A stretch of DNA of 64,000 nucleotides from Chloroflexota bacterium (GTDB lineage: Bacteria; Chloroflexota; Dehalococcoidia; Bin125), in assembly GCA_009838915.1 (NCBI GenBank), contig VXQT01000013.1, positions 135,746 through 199,745 of the forward strand. Direction: 5' to 3'. Under the pieces are notes generated by a model. It was not told the origin of the DNA. It did no database searches and was given only the letters and a program-made list of their open reading frames with translations. The translations under genes were made by a program, and so were the position numbers. This document shows, in pieces, positions 9,626 through 19,247 of this stretch. Positions within the stretch are counted from its first letter, which is position 1. Each line of letters begins with the position of its first letter.

Positions 9626-11560
9626 CTACCGCAGACTCGACTTCATCGTTTCCCACGCCGAGCGGGCATCTTCGACCGAGCCTTCGTCCTCGATTGTGGA
9701 GATGTCGCCCGGATCGGTGTCGAGCGTGACTGCCTTGAGCACTCGGCGCATGATCTTGCCTGAGCGTGTCTTGGGCAGGGCATCGACAAAGTTGAGCTCG
9801 CCGATCACGGCGACGGGGCCGAGTTCACCTCGGATCGTCTGAAGGATTTCGGTGCGCATGTCGTCGCCCGGCTCGAAGCCGGCCTTGAGCACGACGAAGG
9901 CGGAGATCACCTCGCCGCGCAGTTCATCGGGACGGCCGGTGACCCCCGCCTCTGCTGCGCCGGGATGGCGGAGGATTGCCGACTCCACCTCGATCGTGCC
10001 GATCCGGTGCGCGGCGATCTTGATGATCTCGTCGGCGCGACCGGAGAACCAGACATAGCCGTCCTCGTCGACCGAGGTGGCGTCGCCGGTAAAGTAGACC
10101 TGCTTGCCCGGCACCTTGCCCCAGTAGTCGGTCTGGTAACGCTCGGGTTCACCCCAGAGACGCGCGGTCAGGCCGGGGAAGGGTCGTGTGATGGCGAAAA
10201 TCCCCTTGTCGTCCGCTGCGAGCTCCGCGCCGTCGGTGTCGAGCACCGTGCCTACGATCCCGGGTAGCGGGATTCCCGCCGAGCCTGGCTTGATCGGCAG
10301 CATCTGGATGCCGTATGGATTGCCGATGATCGGTCCGCCGGTCTCGGTCTGCCACATGTGATCGAGGACCGGAATCTGGTCGCCGAAGATCTCGTGCTGG
10401 AACCACTCCCAGGCCGGCGGATTGAGCACTTCCCCGGCCGAGAAGACGCGCGTCAGCGACGACATGTCAACCGCTTCGGCGGGCTCGGTGCCGGAGCGCA
10501 TCAGCAGTCGGATCGCGGTCGGAGAAGTGAACATGCCGGTCACCCCGTGGTCCTCGATGATCCGATAGAACGTGCTCACGTCCGGAAAATCAAGTGCGCC
10601 TTCGAAGGCGATCGTGGTCGCGCCGGCGAGCATAGGTCCGTAGACGATGTAGGAGTGTCCGACGACCCAGCCAATGTCCGAGGTTGCCCACCAGACATCC
10701 TCGGGCCGCAGGTCGAACACCCAGTCGGCCTGGCTAGCGACCCATACCGGATAGCCGCCGTGCGTGTGGACGCAGAGCTTGGGTCGCGCCGTGGTGCCCG
10801 ATGTGGCGAGGATGTAGGCAGGATCGTTGGCTTCCATGGCGGCGACGGATCCGTCCCCGTCAATGCCGGCGTCGAGGAAGTCGTCCCAGCTCATCTCCTT
10901 GTCGCCGCCGATGTTGGGGCTGTCCGCGAGCCGCCGCTCGACGACGACCGTCTCGACGATCTCACCGGCGCCCTCGTTCTCCAGCGCGCCTCGGACGAAG
11001 TGGTCGAGCGGGACGTTGCGCCCGCGCCGGTAAGTCGAGTCGGTGCAGAAGATCGCCTTGGCTTCGGCGAGCTTGACCCGCTCGGCGATCGCGCCCGCGC
11101 CGAAGCCGGCGAAGATGACGAGGTGGACCGCGCCGATCCGCGCGCAGGCGAGCATCAGCGCGATGGCCTCGTAGTTGGTCGGCATGTAGATCGCGACGCG
11201 GTCGCCGCGCTCGATGCCGATCGAGCGCAGCGAGGCGGCCATGCGCTCGACGTTGCGCAGGAGCTGCGCGTAAGTGAACACCCGCTGGCCGCCGTTCTCG
11301 TCCAGTGCGATCAGGGCGGCACGGCCACCGTTGCCGCCCTCGACCTGGGCGTCGAGGCAGGCGTATGCGAGATTGGTCTCGCCACCGATGAACCAGCGGA
11401 AGGCAGGCACTTCTCCCGGCGTCCATTCGAACACGTCGTCCCACTCGCGGAACCAGGGAATCCTGGCGGCCGCCTCCGACCAAAACGCGTCGGGTTCGTC
11501 GAGCGCGCGCCGCTGAATCTCTCGCACGATCGGGCCGAGTAGATCGATGTGTGACGCCAT
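9626..11560 (-). CDS. AMP-forming acyl-CoA synthetase (acetate/propionate--CoA ligase family)
   Basis: 644 aa. AMP-binding motifs YILATSGTTARPK, WQTETGG and the ...SGK.. C-terminus. Acs/PrpE-like N-terminus. Confidence 0.85.
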   Translation of the reverse strand: MASHIDLLGPIVREIQRRALDEPDAFWSEAAARIPWFREWDDVFEWTPGEVPAFRWFIGGETNLAYACLDAQVEGGNGGRAALIALDENGGQRVFTYAQLLRNVERMAASLRSIGIERGDRVAIYMPTNYEAIALMLACARIGAVHLVIFAGFGAGAIAERVKLAEAKAIFCTDSTYRRGRNVPLDHFVRGALENEGAGEIVETVVVERRLADSPNIGGDKEMSWDDFLDAGIDGDGSVAAMEANDPAYILATSGTTARPKLCVHTHGGYPVWVASQADWVFDLRPEDVWWATSDIGWVVGHSYIVYGPMLAGATTIAFEGALDFPDVSTFYRIIEDHGVTGMFTSPTAIRLLMRSGTEPAEAVDMSSLTRVFSAGEVLNPPAWEWFQHEIFGDQIPVLDHMWQTETGGPIIGNPYGIQMLPIKPGSAGIPLPGIVGTVLDTDGAELAADDKGIFAITRPFPGLTARLWGEPERYQTDYWGKVPGKQVYFTGDATSVDEDGYVWFSGRADEIIKIAAHRIGTIEVESAILRHPGAAEAGVTGRPDELRGEVISAFVVLKAGFEPGDDMRTEILQTIRGELGPVAVIGELNFVDALPKTRSGKIMRRVLKAVTLDTDPGDISTIEDEGSVEDARSAWETMKSSLR

Positions 11561-11647
11561 GACGAGACTCCATAAGTGCTGTCGAAGGGAATGGATGCCA
11601 GGTGCGGATACCGTATGCGGAGGGTATCAGCGGAGGGGACTTGTCCA

Positions 11648-13171
11648 ATGGACGAGGACATCATCAACGAAGTGCTTGAATCGCGCGCGAATGCGATGGA
11701 CGCCGCGCGGCCCGAGGCCGTCGCGAGGGTACACGCCAGGGACAAGTTCACCGCTCGCGAACGGATTGCGATGGTGTTGGACGAGGGCAGCTTTGTCGAG
11801 TACGGCGTGTTGGCGGTGCCGGCGAACAAGTCGATGTGGGGACCCGCGGATGGGTTGGTGCAGGGATTTGGGACGGTGGCCGGACATCCCGTCGGCATTG
11901 CGTCCTACGACTACACCGTGCAGGGCGGCACGCAGACGGCGCTGAATCACGGCAAGTTCGACCGACTCCTGGAGCTGGTGCATGATCGACGCTGGCCATT
12001 GGTCACCTTCGCGGACGGGGGCGGCGCCAGGGCCCATGACCTGGCCGGGTCACAGCGAGGCCTGACCGGCCGCTGGGGCACCTTCGACGGCATGGCCGTG
12101 TTGTCAGGCTGGGTGCCGACGGTGTCGGTGGTGTCGGGGCGCTCGTTTGCGGGCAACGCGTCTATTGCCGGACTGTCCGACTTCATCGTCGCCACGCGCG
12201 ACTCGGCGATCGGCATGGGCGGACCGCCACTGGTCGAAGGGGCGATGGGGCTGAAGCTGACGCCGGACGAGATCGGTCCGGCGGAGATGCACGATCGCGT
12301 CGGCGGGATCGACCTGATGGTCGAGACAGAAGCCGAAGCGATTGACGCGGCGGGACGATATCTCCGTTACTTCCTCTACGACCTGCCCGAGGGTGAGCCG
12401 GATCCGTGGGCCGAGCGGATTCGCGGGATCGTGCCGTCGAATCGGCGACGGGCGTACGACATGCGTCGCGTGATCCGCGCAATCATGGACCGCGATTCGG
12501 TGTTCGAGCTGCGCCCGACCTGGGCGCCGCAGTTGATCACCGCGCTGGCCCGGCTGGGCGGGCGTTCCGTTGGGATCATCGCCAATCAGCCGCTCTCGGT
12601 GATCGCTGGCGCGATCGACTCGAACGCGTCCGACAAGATTGCCCGCTTCGTCCAGCTCTGTGACGCGCATGAGATTGCGATGGTCTCGCTGGTTGACAAT
12701 CCCGGCTACATGGTTGGCCGGCCGGCCGAAGAGGCGGGGATCGCGAGGCACCACGCCCGCCCGATCATCGCGCACCAGAATCGGACGGTGCCGCTCTACA
12801 CGATCCAGTTGCGCAAGGCGTATGGGCTGGGTCCGGCGGCGATGGGCAACTCCTATGCGCCGCGAGACATCCGGCTGGCCTGGCCCACGGCCGAATCGGG
12901 CGGAATGGGGCTGGAAGGGGCGTCGCTGCTGGTAAACCGGGACCGGATCCGCGAGGTTGAGCGGGACGATCCGGCCGAGGCAAAGCGGCTGCGCGATGAG
13001 TGGGCCAACGAAATGCGAGAGCGTAACTCGGCGATCAATGCCGGGCGTCGCTATGAGTTCGACGACGTGATTGCGCCTGAGGAGACGCGCGACGTGCTGA
13101 TCGCCATGCTGCGGATGACGCCGCGCGCGCCGCTGTCGCCGATCAAGAAGCACCCGGTCGACGCCTGGTAG
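11648..13171 (+). CDS. Acyl-CoA carboxylase carboxyltransferase subunit (propionyl-CoA carboxylase beta-like)
   Basis: The two tandem carboxyltransferase halves (...FAGN... and ...NPGYMVG...) are present. I placed the start at the ATG after a GAGGGGA RBS; the ORF track begins at 11576. Confidence 0.8.
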   Translation: MDEDIINEVLESRANAMDAARPEAVARVHARDKFTARERIAMVLDEGSFVEYGVLAVPANKSMWGPADGLVQGFGTVAGHPVGIASYDYTVQGGTQTALNHGKFDRLLELVHDRRWPLVTFADGGGARAHDLAGSQRGLTGRWGTFDGMAVLSGWVPTVSVVSGRSFAGNASIAGLSDFIVATRDSAIGMGGPPLVEGAMGLKLTPDEIGPAEMHDRVGGIDLMVETEAEAIDAAGRYLRYFLYDLPEGEPDPWAERIRGIVPSNRRRAYDMRRVIRAIMDRDSVFELRPTWAPQLITALARLGGRSVGIIANQPLSVIAGAIDSNASDKIARFVQLCDAHEIAMVSLVDNPGYMVGRPAEEAGIARHHARPIIAHQNRTVPLYTIQLRKAYGLGPAAMGNSYAPRDIRLAWPTAESGGMGLEGASLLVNRDRIREVERDDPAEAKRLRDEWANEMRERNSAINAGRRYEFDDVIAPEETRDVLIAMLRMTPRAPLSPIKKHPVDAW

Positions 13172-13175
13172 TCCG

Positions 13176-14096
13176 CTACGTGTCCTGCGGTTCGATTGAC
13201 GGCACTTCAACTCCTGCGACGTGTTCCAGCAGGTCGAGGGTCGAGTAGTGATGGAGGTCGCCCATGCCGGCGGCCAGGGTCGCGAGATAGGTCTGGTGAA
13301 CGGCGCTGGCCACGGGCATTGACACCTGCTGCTCACGCGCGAGTTGCAGGGCGAGGGACATGTCCTTCTCCGCGATGTATCCCGTCGAGGTCGGATTCTC
13401 CCACTGCTTGGCAAGGAAGATGTCGGCCAAGCCCATGTACGGCCGGGCGGTGCCCTGCCTCAGTTTCTCAATCAGGTCGACTCGGTCGAGTCCGGCCTTG
13501 GCGCCCAGAACCAGCGCTTCCTGCACGATCATGTGACCGGATAGCACGATCACGTTGTTGATCAGCTTGTAGAGCCCGCCCATGCCGGCCTCGCCGAGGT
13601 AGAGCACGTGCTCGCCGATGTGATTGAGGAGCGGCCGGACCCGCTCGAAGATCTCCATGTCGCTGCTGCCGAGCACGGTGAGCGTGCCTTCGCCGGCTCG
13701 GATGACGCCGCCGGTCACCGGCGCGTCGATGTGGTTGATGCCGGCATCCGATTCAATCCTGAGGATTCTCCTGACCTCGGTAGGCGCATTGGTGCTGAGG
13801 TCGACGTGGATGTCCCCGGGTTGGGCGCCTGCAAGGATGCCGTCCGGTCCTGTCGTGGCGGCGTCGACCTGGGGCGGACCAGGCAGGGACGTGAACACGA
13901 TTGAACAGCGTGAGGCGACCTCGGTGGCGCTGGACGCCGGTTCCGCGCCGAGCTCGAGCAGGTTCTCTGTCGCTTCGGGACGGAGATCAAAGACAACGAG
14001 CTGATATCCGCCTCGAATGAGTTGGCGGGCCATCGGATTACCGATGTTGCCCGTTCCGATGAATCCGATGAGTTGGTCGCGGGTTGATTCGGTCAT
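13176..14096 (-). CDS. 3-hydroxyisobutyrate dehydrogenase family NAD(P)-dependent oxidoreductase
   Basis: IGFIGTGNIGNPMA dinucleotide fold plus a 6-PGDH-like C-terminal domain. Internal ATG chosen as start. Confidence 0.8.
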   Translation of the reverse strand: MTESTRDQLIGFIGTGNIGNPMARQLIRGGYQLVVFDLRPEATENLLELGAEPASSATEVASRCSIVFTSLPGPPQVDAATTGPDGILAGAQPGDIHVDLSTNAPTEVRRILRIESDAGINHIDAPVTGGVIRAGEGTLTVLGSSDMEIFERVRPLLNHIGEHVLYLGEAGMGGLYKLINNVIVLSGHMIVQEALVLGAKAGLDRVDLIEKLRQGTARPYMGLADIFLAKQWENPTSTGYIAEKDMSLALQLAREQQVSMPVASAVHQTYLATLAAGMGDLHHYSTLDLLEHVAGVEVPSIEPQDT

Positions 14097-14149
14097 GATT
14101 ACAGCCTTGCGCCAAGCGGCTCCCCGCACGACGCGGGGACTGGGAGCGG

Positions 14150-15082
14150 TTACAGCGAGGCGCGTCCGCCTTCAATCTGAGTGACCGGGACTTCATGTCC
14201 GGCCGCAGCTTCGAGGGCCTGGAGCGTGGCGAGGAAGGATTGCTCGCCCAGGCCGGCGCTAAGCGCCCGCAGGAAGGTCTGGTGGGCGGCGTTGGCGACG
14301 GGCATCGGGACCTGGTTCACGCGGGCTGCCTCCAGGGCGAGCGAGACATCCTTCTCGGCCAGGCGCAGAGTGAACGAAGGATTGTCGAAGCGCTTACCCA
14401 ACAGGTACGGCGCGAGTCCCATGTAGGGCCGCGCCGTGCCCAGCCGCAGCTTCTCAACCAGGTCCTCGGGATCGAGGCCCGCCTTCGTACCCAGCACCAG
14501 CGCCTCCTGCACGATCTGACTGCCGCAGAGGATGATCACGTTGTTGAGCAGCTTGAACAGGCAGCCGGAGCCGGCCTCGCCGAGATGGAAGATGTTCGAA
14601 CCGATGCACTCGAGCAGCGGACGGACGCGTTCGAATGCGTCAGCGTCGCCGCTGCCGAGCACCGTCAGCGTGCCGGCTTCCGCGCCGGGCACGCCGCCCG
14701 TGACCGGGGCGTCGATGTAGTTGACCCCGGCGTCGGCCTCAAGCTGGGCAAGCCGCCGAACTGCGGTGATCGAGTTGCTGCTCAGGTCGACATGGACATC
14801 GCCTCGTGATGCGCCGGCGAGGATACCCTCGGTCCCGGTGATCGCGGCTTCGATCTCAGGCGGACCCGGCAGCGAGCTGAAGACAACGGAACAACGCGAG
14901 GCGACTTCGGCGCAGCTCTCGGCCGACTCCGCGCCGAGTTCCAGCAGATTCTCCATGACATCTGAGCGGAGGTCGAAGATCACGAGCTGGTGGCCGGCCT
15001 CAATCAGATTGCGCGCCATCGGATTGCCGATGTTGCCCGTGCCGATGAAGCCGATCCGCAGATCGCGAACTGAATCGGGCAT
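14150..15082 (-). CDS. 3-hydroxyisobutyrate dehydrogenase family oxidoreductase, tandem paralog
   Basis: IGFIGTGNIGNPMARNL. Highly similar to the preceding gene along its whole length. Internal ATG chosen as start. Confidence 0.8.
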   Translation of the reverse strand: MPDSVRDLRIGFIGTGNIGNPMARNLIEAGHQLVIFDLRSDVMENLLELGAESAESCAEVASRCSVVFSSLPGPPEIEAAITGTEGILAGASRGDVHVDLSSNSITAVRRLAQLEADAGVNYIDAPVTGGVPGAEAGTLTVLGSGDADAFERVRPLLECIGSNIFHLGEAGSGCLFKLLNNVIILCGSQIVQEALVLGTKAGLDPEDLVEKLRLGTARPYMGLAPYLLGKRFDNPSFTLRLAEKDVSLALEAARVNQVPMPVANAAHQTFLRALSAGLGEQSFLATLQALEAAAGHEVPVTQIEGGRASL

Positions 15083-15093
15083 GTTGGGTCTCC

Positions 15094-15741
15094 TTAGAGC
15101 GATTGGTCGGGGGTGAAGGTGTCGGCGGCGCGCCACATGTACCAGCTGCCGACGGAGCGGTAGGGCGCCCACTTCGCGCCAATCCCGATTGCTTCTTTGG
15201 GGGTTGGCATTTCGTCGAGACGGTACGCGAGTTGCATCCCTTTGCGCACGCCAAGGTCACCAATGGGGAGGATGTCCGGGCGTCCGAGGTGGAACATCAG
15301 ATGCATGTGAGCGGTCCACTCGCCGACGCCCTTGACTGCGGTGAGCGCCTTGATCACGTCTTCGTCGGACATGCGATTGAGGCGCGAGAGCTTGAGCCGG
15401 CCGTCGGAGGTGTGCAGGGCAAGGTCGCGGAAGTAGGACATCTTCTGGCGCGAGATGCCGCAGGCGCGAAAGTCCTCGTCCGTTGTGGCCAGGACTTGTT
15501 CCGGAGTCGGCGTGGATTCTTCGTCGCCATAGAAGCCGTACCACTTGCGCTGAATCGACGATGCGGCGGCGCCGGCAAGCTGTTGAAAGAGGATCGCGCG
15601 GACAAGAGCCGACCAGGGGTCCGGGGATGGTCTTGGTTCGTAGGTGCCGTGCTCATCGATCAGAAGCGCAAGCACGGGGTCGGCATCGCGAAGATGCGCG
15701 TTTGCCTTGCGGATCGAGAACTTGCGTCGGACGGGAGGCAT
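15094..15741 (-). CDS. DNA-3-methyladenine glycosylase II (HhH-GPD family, AlkA-like)
   Basis: HhH-GPD core ...LTAVKGVGEWTAHMHLMF... with a catalytic Asp downstream. Confidence 0.75.
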   Translation of the reverse strand: MPPVRRKFSIRKANAHLRDADPVLALLIDEHGTYEPRPSPDPWSALVRAILFQQLAGAAASSIQRKWYGFYGDEESTPTPEQVLATTDEDFRACGISRQKMSYFRDLALHTSDGRLKLSRLNRMSDEDVIKALTAVKGVGEWTAHMHLMFHLGRPDILPIGDLGVRKGMQLAYRLDEMPTPKEAIGIGAKWAPYRSVGSWYMWRAADTFTPDQSL

Positions 15742-15760
15742 AGGGAAGCTCAGGTTCCTG

Positions 15761-16387
15761 CTAGTCGTTCCAGCCGTTCCAGTGAAGGAACTCGTGCACG
15801 GGCTTACGGGTGACGGGTCCGAAGCTGGCGTTGGGATGACCCATGGGGATCATCGCGACGGGCAATGCGTTGTCGGGGATGTTGAGCTCGGCGCGGAGCT
15901 GGTCCATGATGCCGTCCTGCGGAGTAGTGAGTACGGTACCCAGACCCTCGGCCCGGGCGGCGAGCATCAGGTTTTGGATGCTCGGATAGATGCTGCTGCC
16001 CGCGAGCAGCCCGGACGGCGCGGGCGATTCGGGACGGACAAGGCAGGGAATGATCCAGACCGGCGCGGCGGCGAAGTTGTCGAAGAGGTTGAATGCGCCA
16101 CGCATCATGCGACGGGTCGTGGGATCGTCGATGTCGTCGGGATTGGGCATATCGCCGCTGAATCGGGCGCTGAACATCTCGCGGATGGCGGTGGCCAGCC
16201 GCTGGCGGATGCCGTCGTCGGTAACGACTAGGAATCCCCAGGGCTGCGAGTTGCTGCCGCTCGGCGCCCAGCAGGCGGCCTGGATGATGCGTTCGATCGT
16301 GTCGCGGTCGACCGGTTCGTCGGTCCAGCGGCGGATCGCGCGCTGGGTCTGCATGACCTCGTAAATGTCGGTGGTCTGGTTGCTCAT
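15761..16387 (-). CDS. Nitroreductase family protein
   Basis: ...RRWTDEPV... and ...APSGSNSQPW.. nitroreductase fold motifs. Confidence 0.75.
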   Translation of the reverse strand: MSNQTTDIYEVMQTQRAIRRWTDEPVDRDTIERIIQAACWAPSGSNSQPWGFLVVTDDGIRQRLATAIREMFSARFSGDMPNPDDIDDPTTRRMMRGAFNLFDNFAAAPVWIIPCLVRPESPAPSGLLAGSSIYPSIQNLMLAARAEGLGTVLTTPQDGIMDQLRAELNIPDNALPVAMIPMGHPNASFGPVTRKPVHEFLHWNGWND

Positions 16388-17826
16388 GTGGCGGACCTTT
16401 CGTCGCGGCGGGCTTGCCAGGTGTGGAGGCGTTTCATGGCGCGGGCGGCGTCGCGGATGCTGTAGTAGAGCGGCAGACCAGCCTCGGAGATCATGCGGGC
16501 GAGCGCGGCGTTGGACTGTCCGTGCCGATGATCCAAATTGATCGGCACGACCATCGCGATGGCGATCCCGTGCCGCAGCCTCGCCTCGGCGATCTCGGCA
16601 ATCATGCGCTGCCGAACGTCGGTTTGCTCGCCTCCGAAGAAGCCGACGCCCCAGTTCATGCCGACCTGCACGATGACGGCGTCGACCCGAGGATCCTCAG
16701 CAACGGCATCCAGAGTCGGCCGGACTCTCTCGCCGTCCCAGAGTGACATCGTGTCGACGGGGTTGCGGATGCCGGTGCCCGCAACCGGCGTGACCTCAGC
16801 CAGTCGCGAGAGCGTCCGGTCGCTCAACGCTGGCAGCTCAAGTCCTTCTCGCTCGACGTCGTCGGCGCCCTGGACGGAAATGCCGCCGCCGCCCACGATG
16901 AGACCAAGCCTCGGACCGGCAGGGACGGCGCCGAAGCGCCAACCGACCAGCACGTCAACCATTTCCTGCATGTTGTGCACAAGGACGGCATTGGCCTGTC
17001 GCGCTGCCGCAGCCCAGAGGTCGCCTGAACCGGCGAGCGATGCGGTGTGAGACTGGGTGGCGCGCCCGCCGGAGGGCAGCAATCCGCCCTTGAGCAGAGC
17101 GACGGGCTTGACGCACGAGGCGCGGCGCAGCGAGCGGAAGAAGTCGCGCGCGTCCTGCATGCCTTCGATGTACGCCCCGATGACCTCGGTCTGAGGATCG
17201 GTGGCGGCGTAGTCGATCAGTTCGGCAGCGGAGACGTCGATGGCGTTGCCGAATGAGACCACCTTGGAGAATCTGAGGCCGCGCACTGCGCCGTTGTATG
17301 CGGCGTCGCTGGCGTTGGTCCCCGACTGGGAGAAGAAGGCGACGGGACCGGAGTCCGTCGGCAGTTGTTGAGCGAACGAGACCTTGCCCTCGGGCACATA
17401 GAGTCCCATGCAATTGGGACCGATCAGGCGGATACCCAGTTTGGCGGCTCGCACTTTGAGAGTCTGTTGGAGCTCGAGTCTGTCGGACAGGCCGGTCTCG
17501 GCGAATCCGGCGGTGAACAGGTGAATTGAGCGCACCCCCTTGGCAGAGGCATCTTCCAGCATGTCAAGGACGTAGCCGGCCGGGATCGCGCTGATCACGT
17601 GGTCCACAGGCCCGGGAATGTCGGTCAACCGGGCGTAGGCGGTCAGACCATCAATCTCGTCGGCGTTGGGATTGACGGGATAGATGTTGGGTTGACCGGC
17701 ATCCTTGAGCGAGTGGAGCCAGTCTCCGGGGCCTCGTGGATTGCGGCTGTCGCGGGAGGCGCCAACGACGGCTACACCTCGGGGGCGAAAGATCGGATCG
17801 AGAGGGTGAGAAGTGGTGTCTGGCAC
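16384..17826 (-). CDS. Acetate--CoA ligase family protein (NDP-forming, CoA-binding plus ATP-grasp subunit)
   Basis: N-terminal CoA-binding domain (RGVAVVGAS...). Succinyl-CoA-synthetase-like fold. 4-bp overlap with the nitroreductase gene. Confidence 0.7.
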   Translation of the reverse strand: MPDTTSHPLDPIFRPRGVAVVGASRDSRNPRGPGDWLHSLKDAGQPNIYPVNPNADEIDGLTAYARLTDIPGPVDHVISAIPAGYVLDMLEDASAKGVRSIHLFTAGFAETGLSDRLELQQTLKVRAAKLGIRLIGPNCMGLYVPEGKVSFAQQLPTDSGPVAFFSQSGTNASDAAYNGAVRGLRFSKVVSFGNAIDVSAAELIDYAATDPQTEVIGAYIEGMQDARDFFRSLRRASCVKPVALLKGGLLPSGGRATQSHTASLAGSGDLWAAAARQANAVLVHNMQEMVDVLVGWRFGAVPAGPRLGLIVGGGGISVQGADDVEREGLELPALSDRTLSRLAEVTPVAGTGIRNPVDTMSLWDGERVRPTLDAVAEDPRVDAVIVQVGMNWGVGFFGGEQTDVRQRMIAEIAEARLRHGIAIAMVVPINLDHRHGQSNAALARMISEAGLPLYYSIRDAARAMKRLHTWQARRDERSAT

Positions 17827-17886
17827 GTCAGGATTGCTCGCGAATGTGATTCTAGAAGGAGCTTGAGACCGTTCCGATGCGACTCG

Positions 17887-18450
17887 TCAGCGGGCGGTGG
17901 CGCAGCCGCCGGCAGCCAGCGGCTCCGGGGCTTCGTCGTGGAACTCGTCGAAGAACTGTTCGATCGCGCGTTGATCCACACCACCAAGCGGGAGTCTCAC
18001 ACCCCAGGCGACCAACATGAGCGGGGCATCGAGACCGCCGTACGGCGCCTGGATGGCGTAACTGCTGTCGGTCAAGTGCCGAGAGGCGATCTCCGTTAAC
18101 GCTGCGATGTCGTCATCGTTGAGCGACTCAGGCGCGTACCAGAGCACGACCGCACCGTGCTCCATGGCGTGGACGACCATTTCGAAGCTCGGGGTCGCGC
18201 TGTAGATGCCGCAGGCCAGGGGGATTGGCGAGTGCTCCTCGCCGTAGGGCGGAATGACGGTGTAGTCGGCTGAAACGCCGGCGGGCAGGTGCAACTGGGT
18301 CGCGGTCGTGTGCTCGTTGTCGTAGACCTCCAGCGCAGGATTGTCGTAGATGTCGCCGCCGGATCCGGCACGACTCGATTCGCCTCCGCAGGAAGTGGCC
18401 AGAATCGCGACGAGCAAAAGGGCCGCACCAGCGGCAATCTGGGATCTCAT
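17887..18450 (-). CDS. Exported lipoprotein, DUF3105-like
   Basis: Signal peptide with lipobox LATSC. HGAVVLWY motif shared with the adjacent paralog. The DUF3105 family name is from memory and uncertain. Confidence 0.55.
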   Translation of the reverse strand: MRSQIAAGAALLLVAILATSCGGESSRAGSGGDIYDNPALEVYDNEHTTATQLHLPAGVSADYTVIPPYGEEHSPIPLACGIYSATPSFEMVVHAMEHGAVVLWYAPESLNDDDIAALTEIASRHLTDSSYAIQAPYGGLDAPLMLVAWGVRLPLGGVDQRAIEQFFDEFHDEAPEPLAAGGCATAR

Positions 18451-19247
18451 TCCGACGCCGCTCCGGCAGAGATCGCGGAATCGCCGCGCTCGAGTCGGTA
18501 ACGGTCGTAGTAGCCGTCGGGAGCATTCTGCATGAATGCCGTGAGCTGCTCGTTGCCGTCCGCGTCCCAGTTGTCGATCGCGAGCAGTGTCTTCCAGGCG
18601 GTGACGACGATGGTTGCGCCGCCGTGCCGGTCGTCGAGACCGACTAGCGGCACCACGGCGAGTCGCTCACGGAACTGGCGCAGGCTCTGCATCGCGCCGA
18701 GCAAGCCGGCGGGATCGTCGGCGTTGGTGTAGACATCCGGGTCGTAATAGATCACCACGCCGCCGCGCTCCAGCAGCGGCAGCATCTCGAACGGCTGTGG
18801 AATCGATGCATCACCGGGCAGGTAAACGTCGGCGGCGAACACCTCAGCTGGCTGCGGTCCCGACGTGGGCGGCCAGGAGTTGTACGCGTCAAAGGTCTCG
18901 CCATCCTGGAGGTGGCGTCGGCCCTGGTCGGGAAAGACCTGGACGCCCTCGACACTAAGCACTTCATCGGGTGGAAAGATGAGCTGCATGGCGAAGACGG
19001 CGATCATGGCGACGAGCAGACCTCCGAGCAGAGCAACGGTCATGCGGGGCATGCCGAGGAATGTTCTTGGCCGTTGCTGGGGTTCGGATGCGCCGCCGGA
19101 GCGGCGGCCGCCGCCGCGCCCGCGATCGCCGCGATCCGCTGCAGGTTCCTCCTGTGTGCGGCGGCCAACTTCCGATTCGCCCTCCTGACCCGCGGGTCGC
19201 GCGGGTCGTCGTCTGCGTCGACGACGGCGGGCTGGTTGCTGGCTCAT
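18447..19247 (-). CDS. Membrane-anchored DUF3105-like protein with Arg-rich N-terminus
   Basis: Poly-Arg N-terminus, one TM helix, then RGGVVIYYDP... paralogous to the lipoprotein. 4-bp overlap with its neighbour. Confidence 0.55.
   Translation of the reverse strand: MSQQPARRRRRRRRPARPAGQEGESEVGRRTQEEPAADRGDRGRGGGRRSGGASEPQQRPRTFLGMPRMTVALLGGLLVAMIAVFAMQLIFPPDEVLSVEGVQVFPDQGRRHLQDGETFDAYNSWPPTSGPQPAEVFAADVYLPGDASIPQPFEMLPLLERGGVVIYYDPDVYTNADDPAGLLGAMQSLRQFRERLAVVPLVGLDDRHGGATIVVTAWKTLLAIDNWDADGNEQLTAFMQNAPDGYYDRYRLERGDSAISAGAASE

Noticed and set aside
10358-11542. 394-aa plus-strand ORF
   Set aside because: It is antisense to the AMP-forming acyl-CoA synthetase. Its composition is typical of GC-rich antisense frames.
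12104-13414. 436-aa minus-strand ORF
   Set aside because: It lies entirely antisense to the carboxyltransferase gene. It is Arg/Pro-rich, low-complexity, and has no domain.
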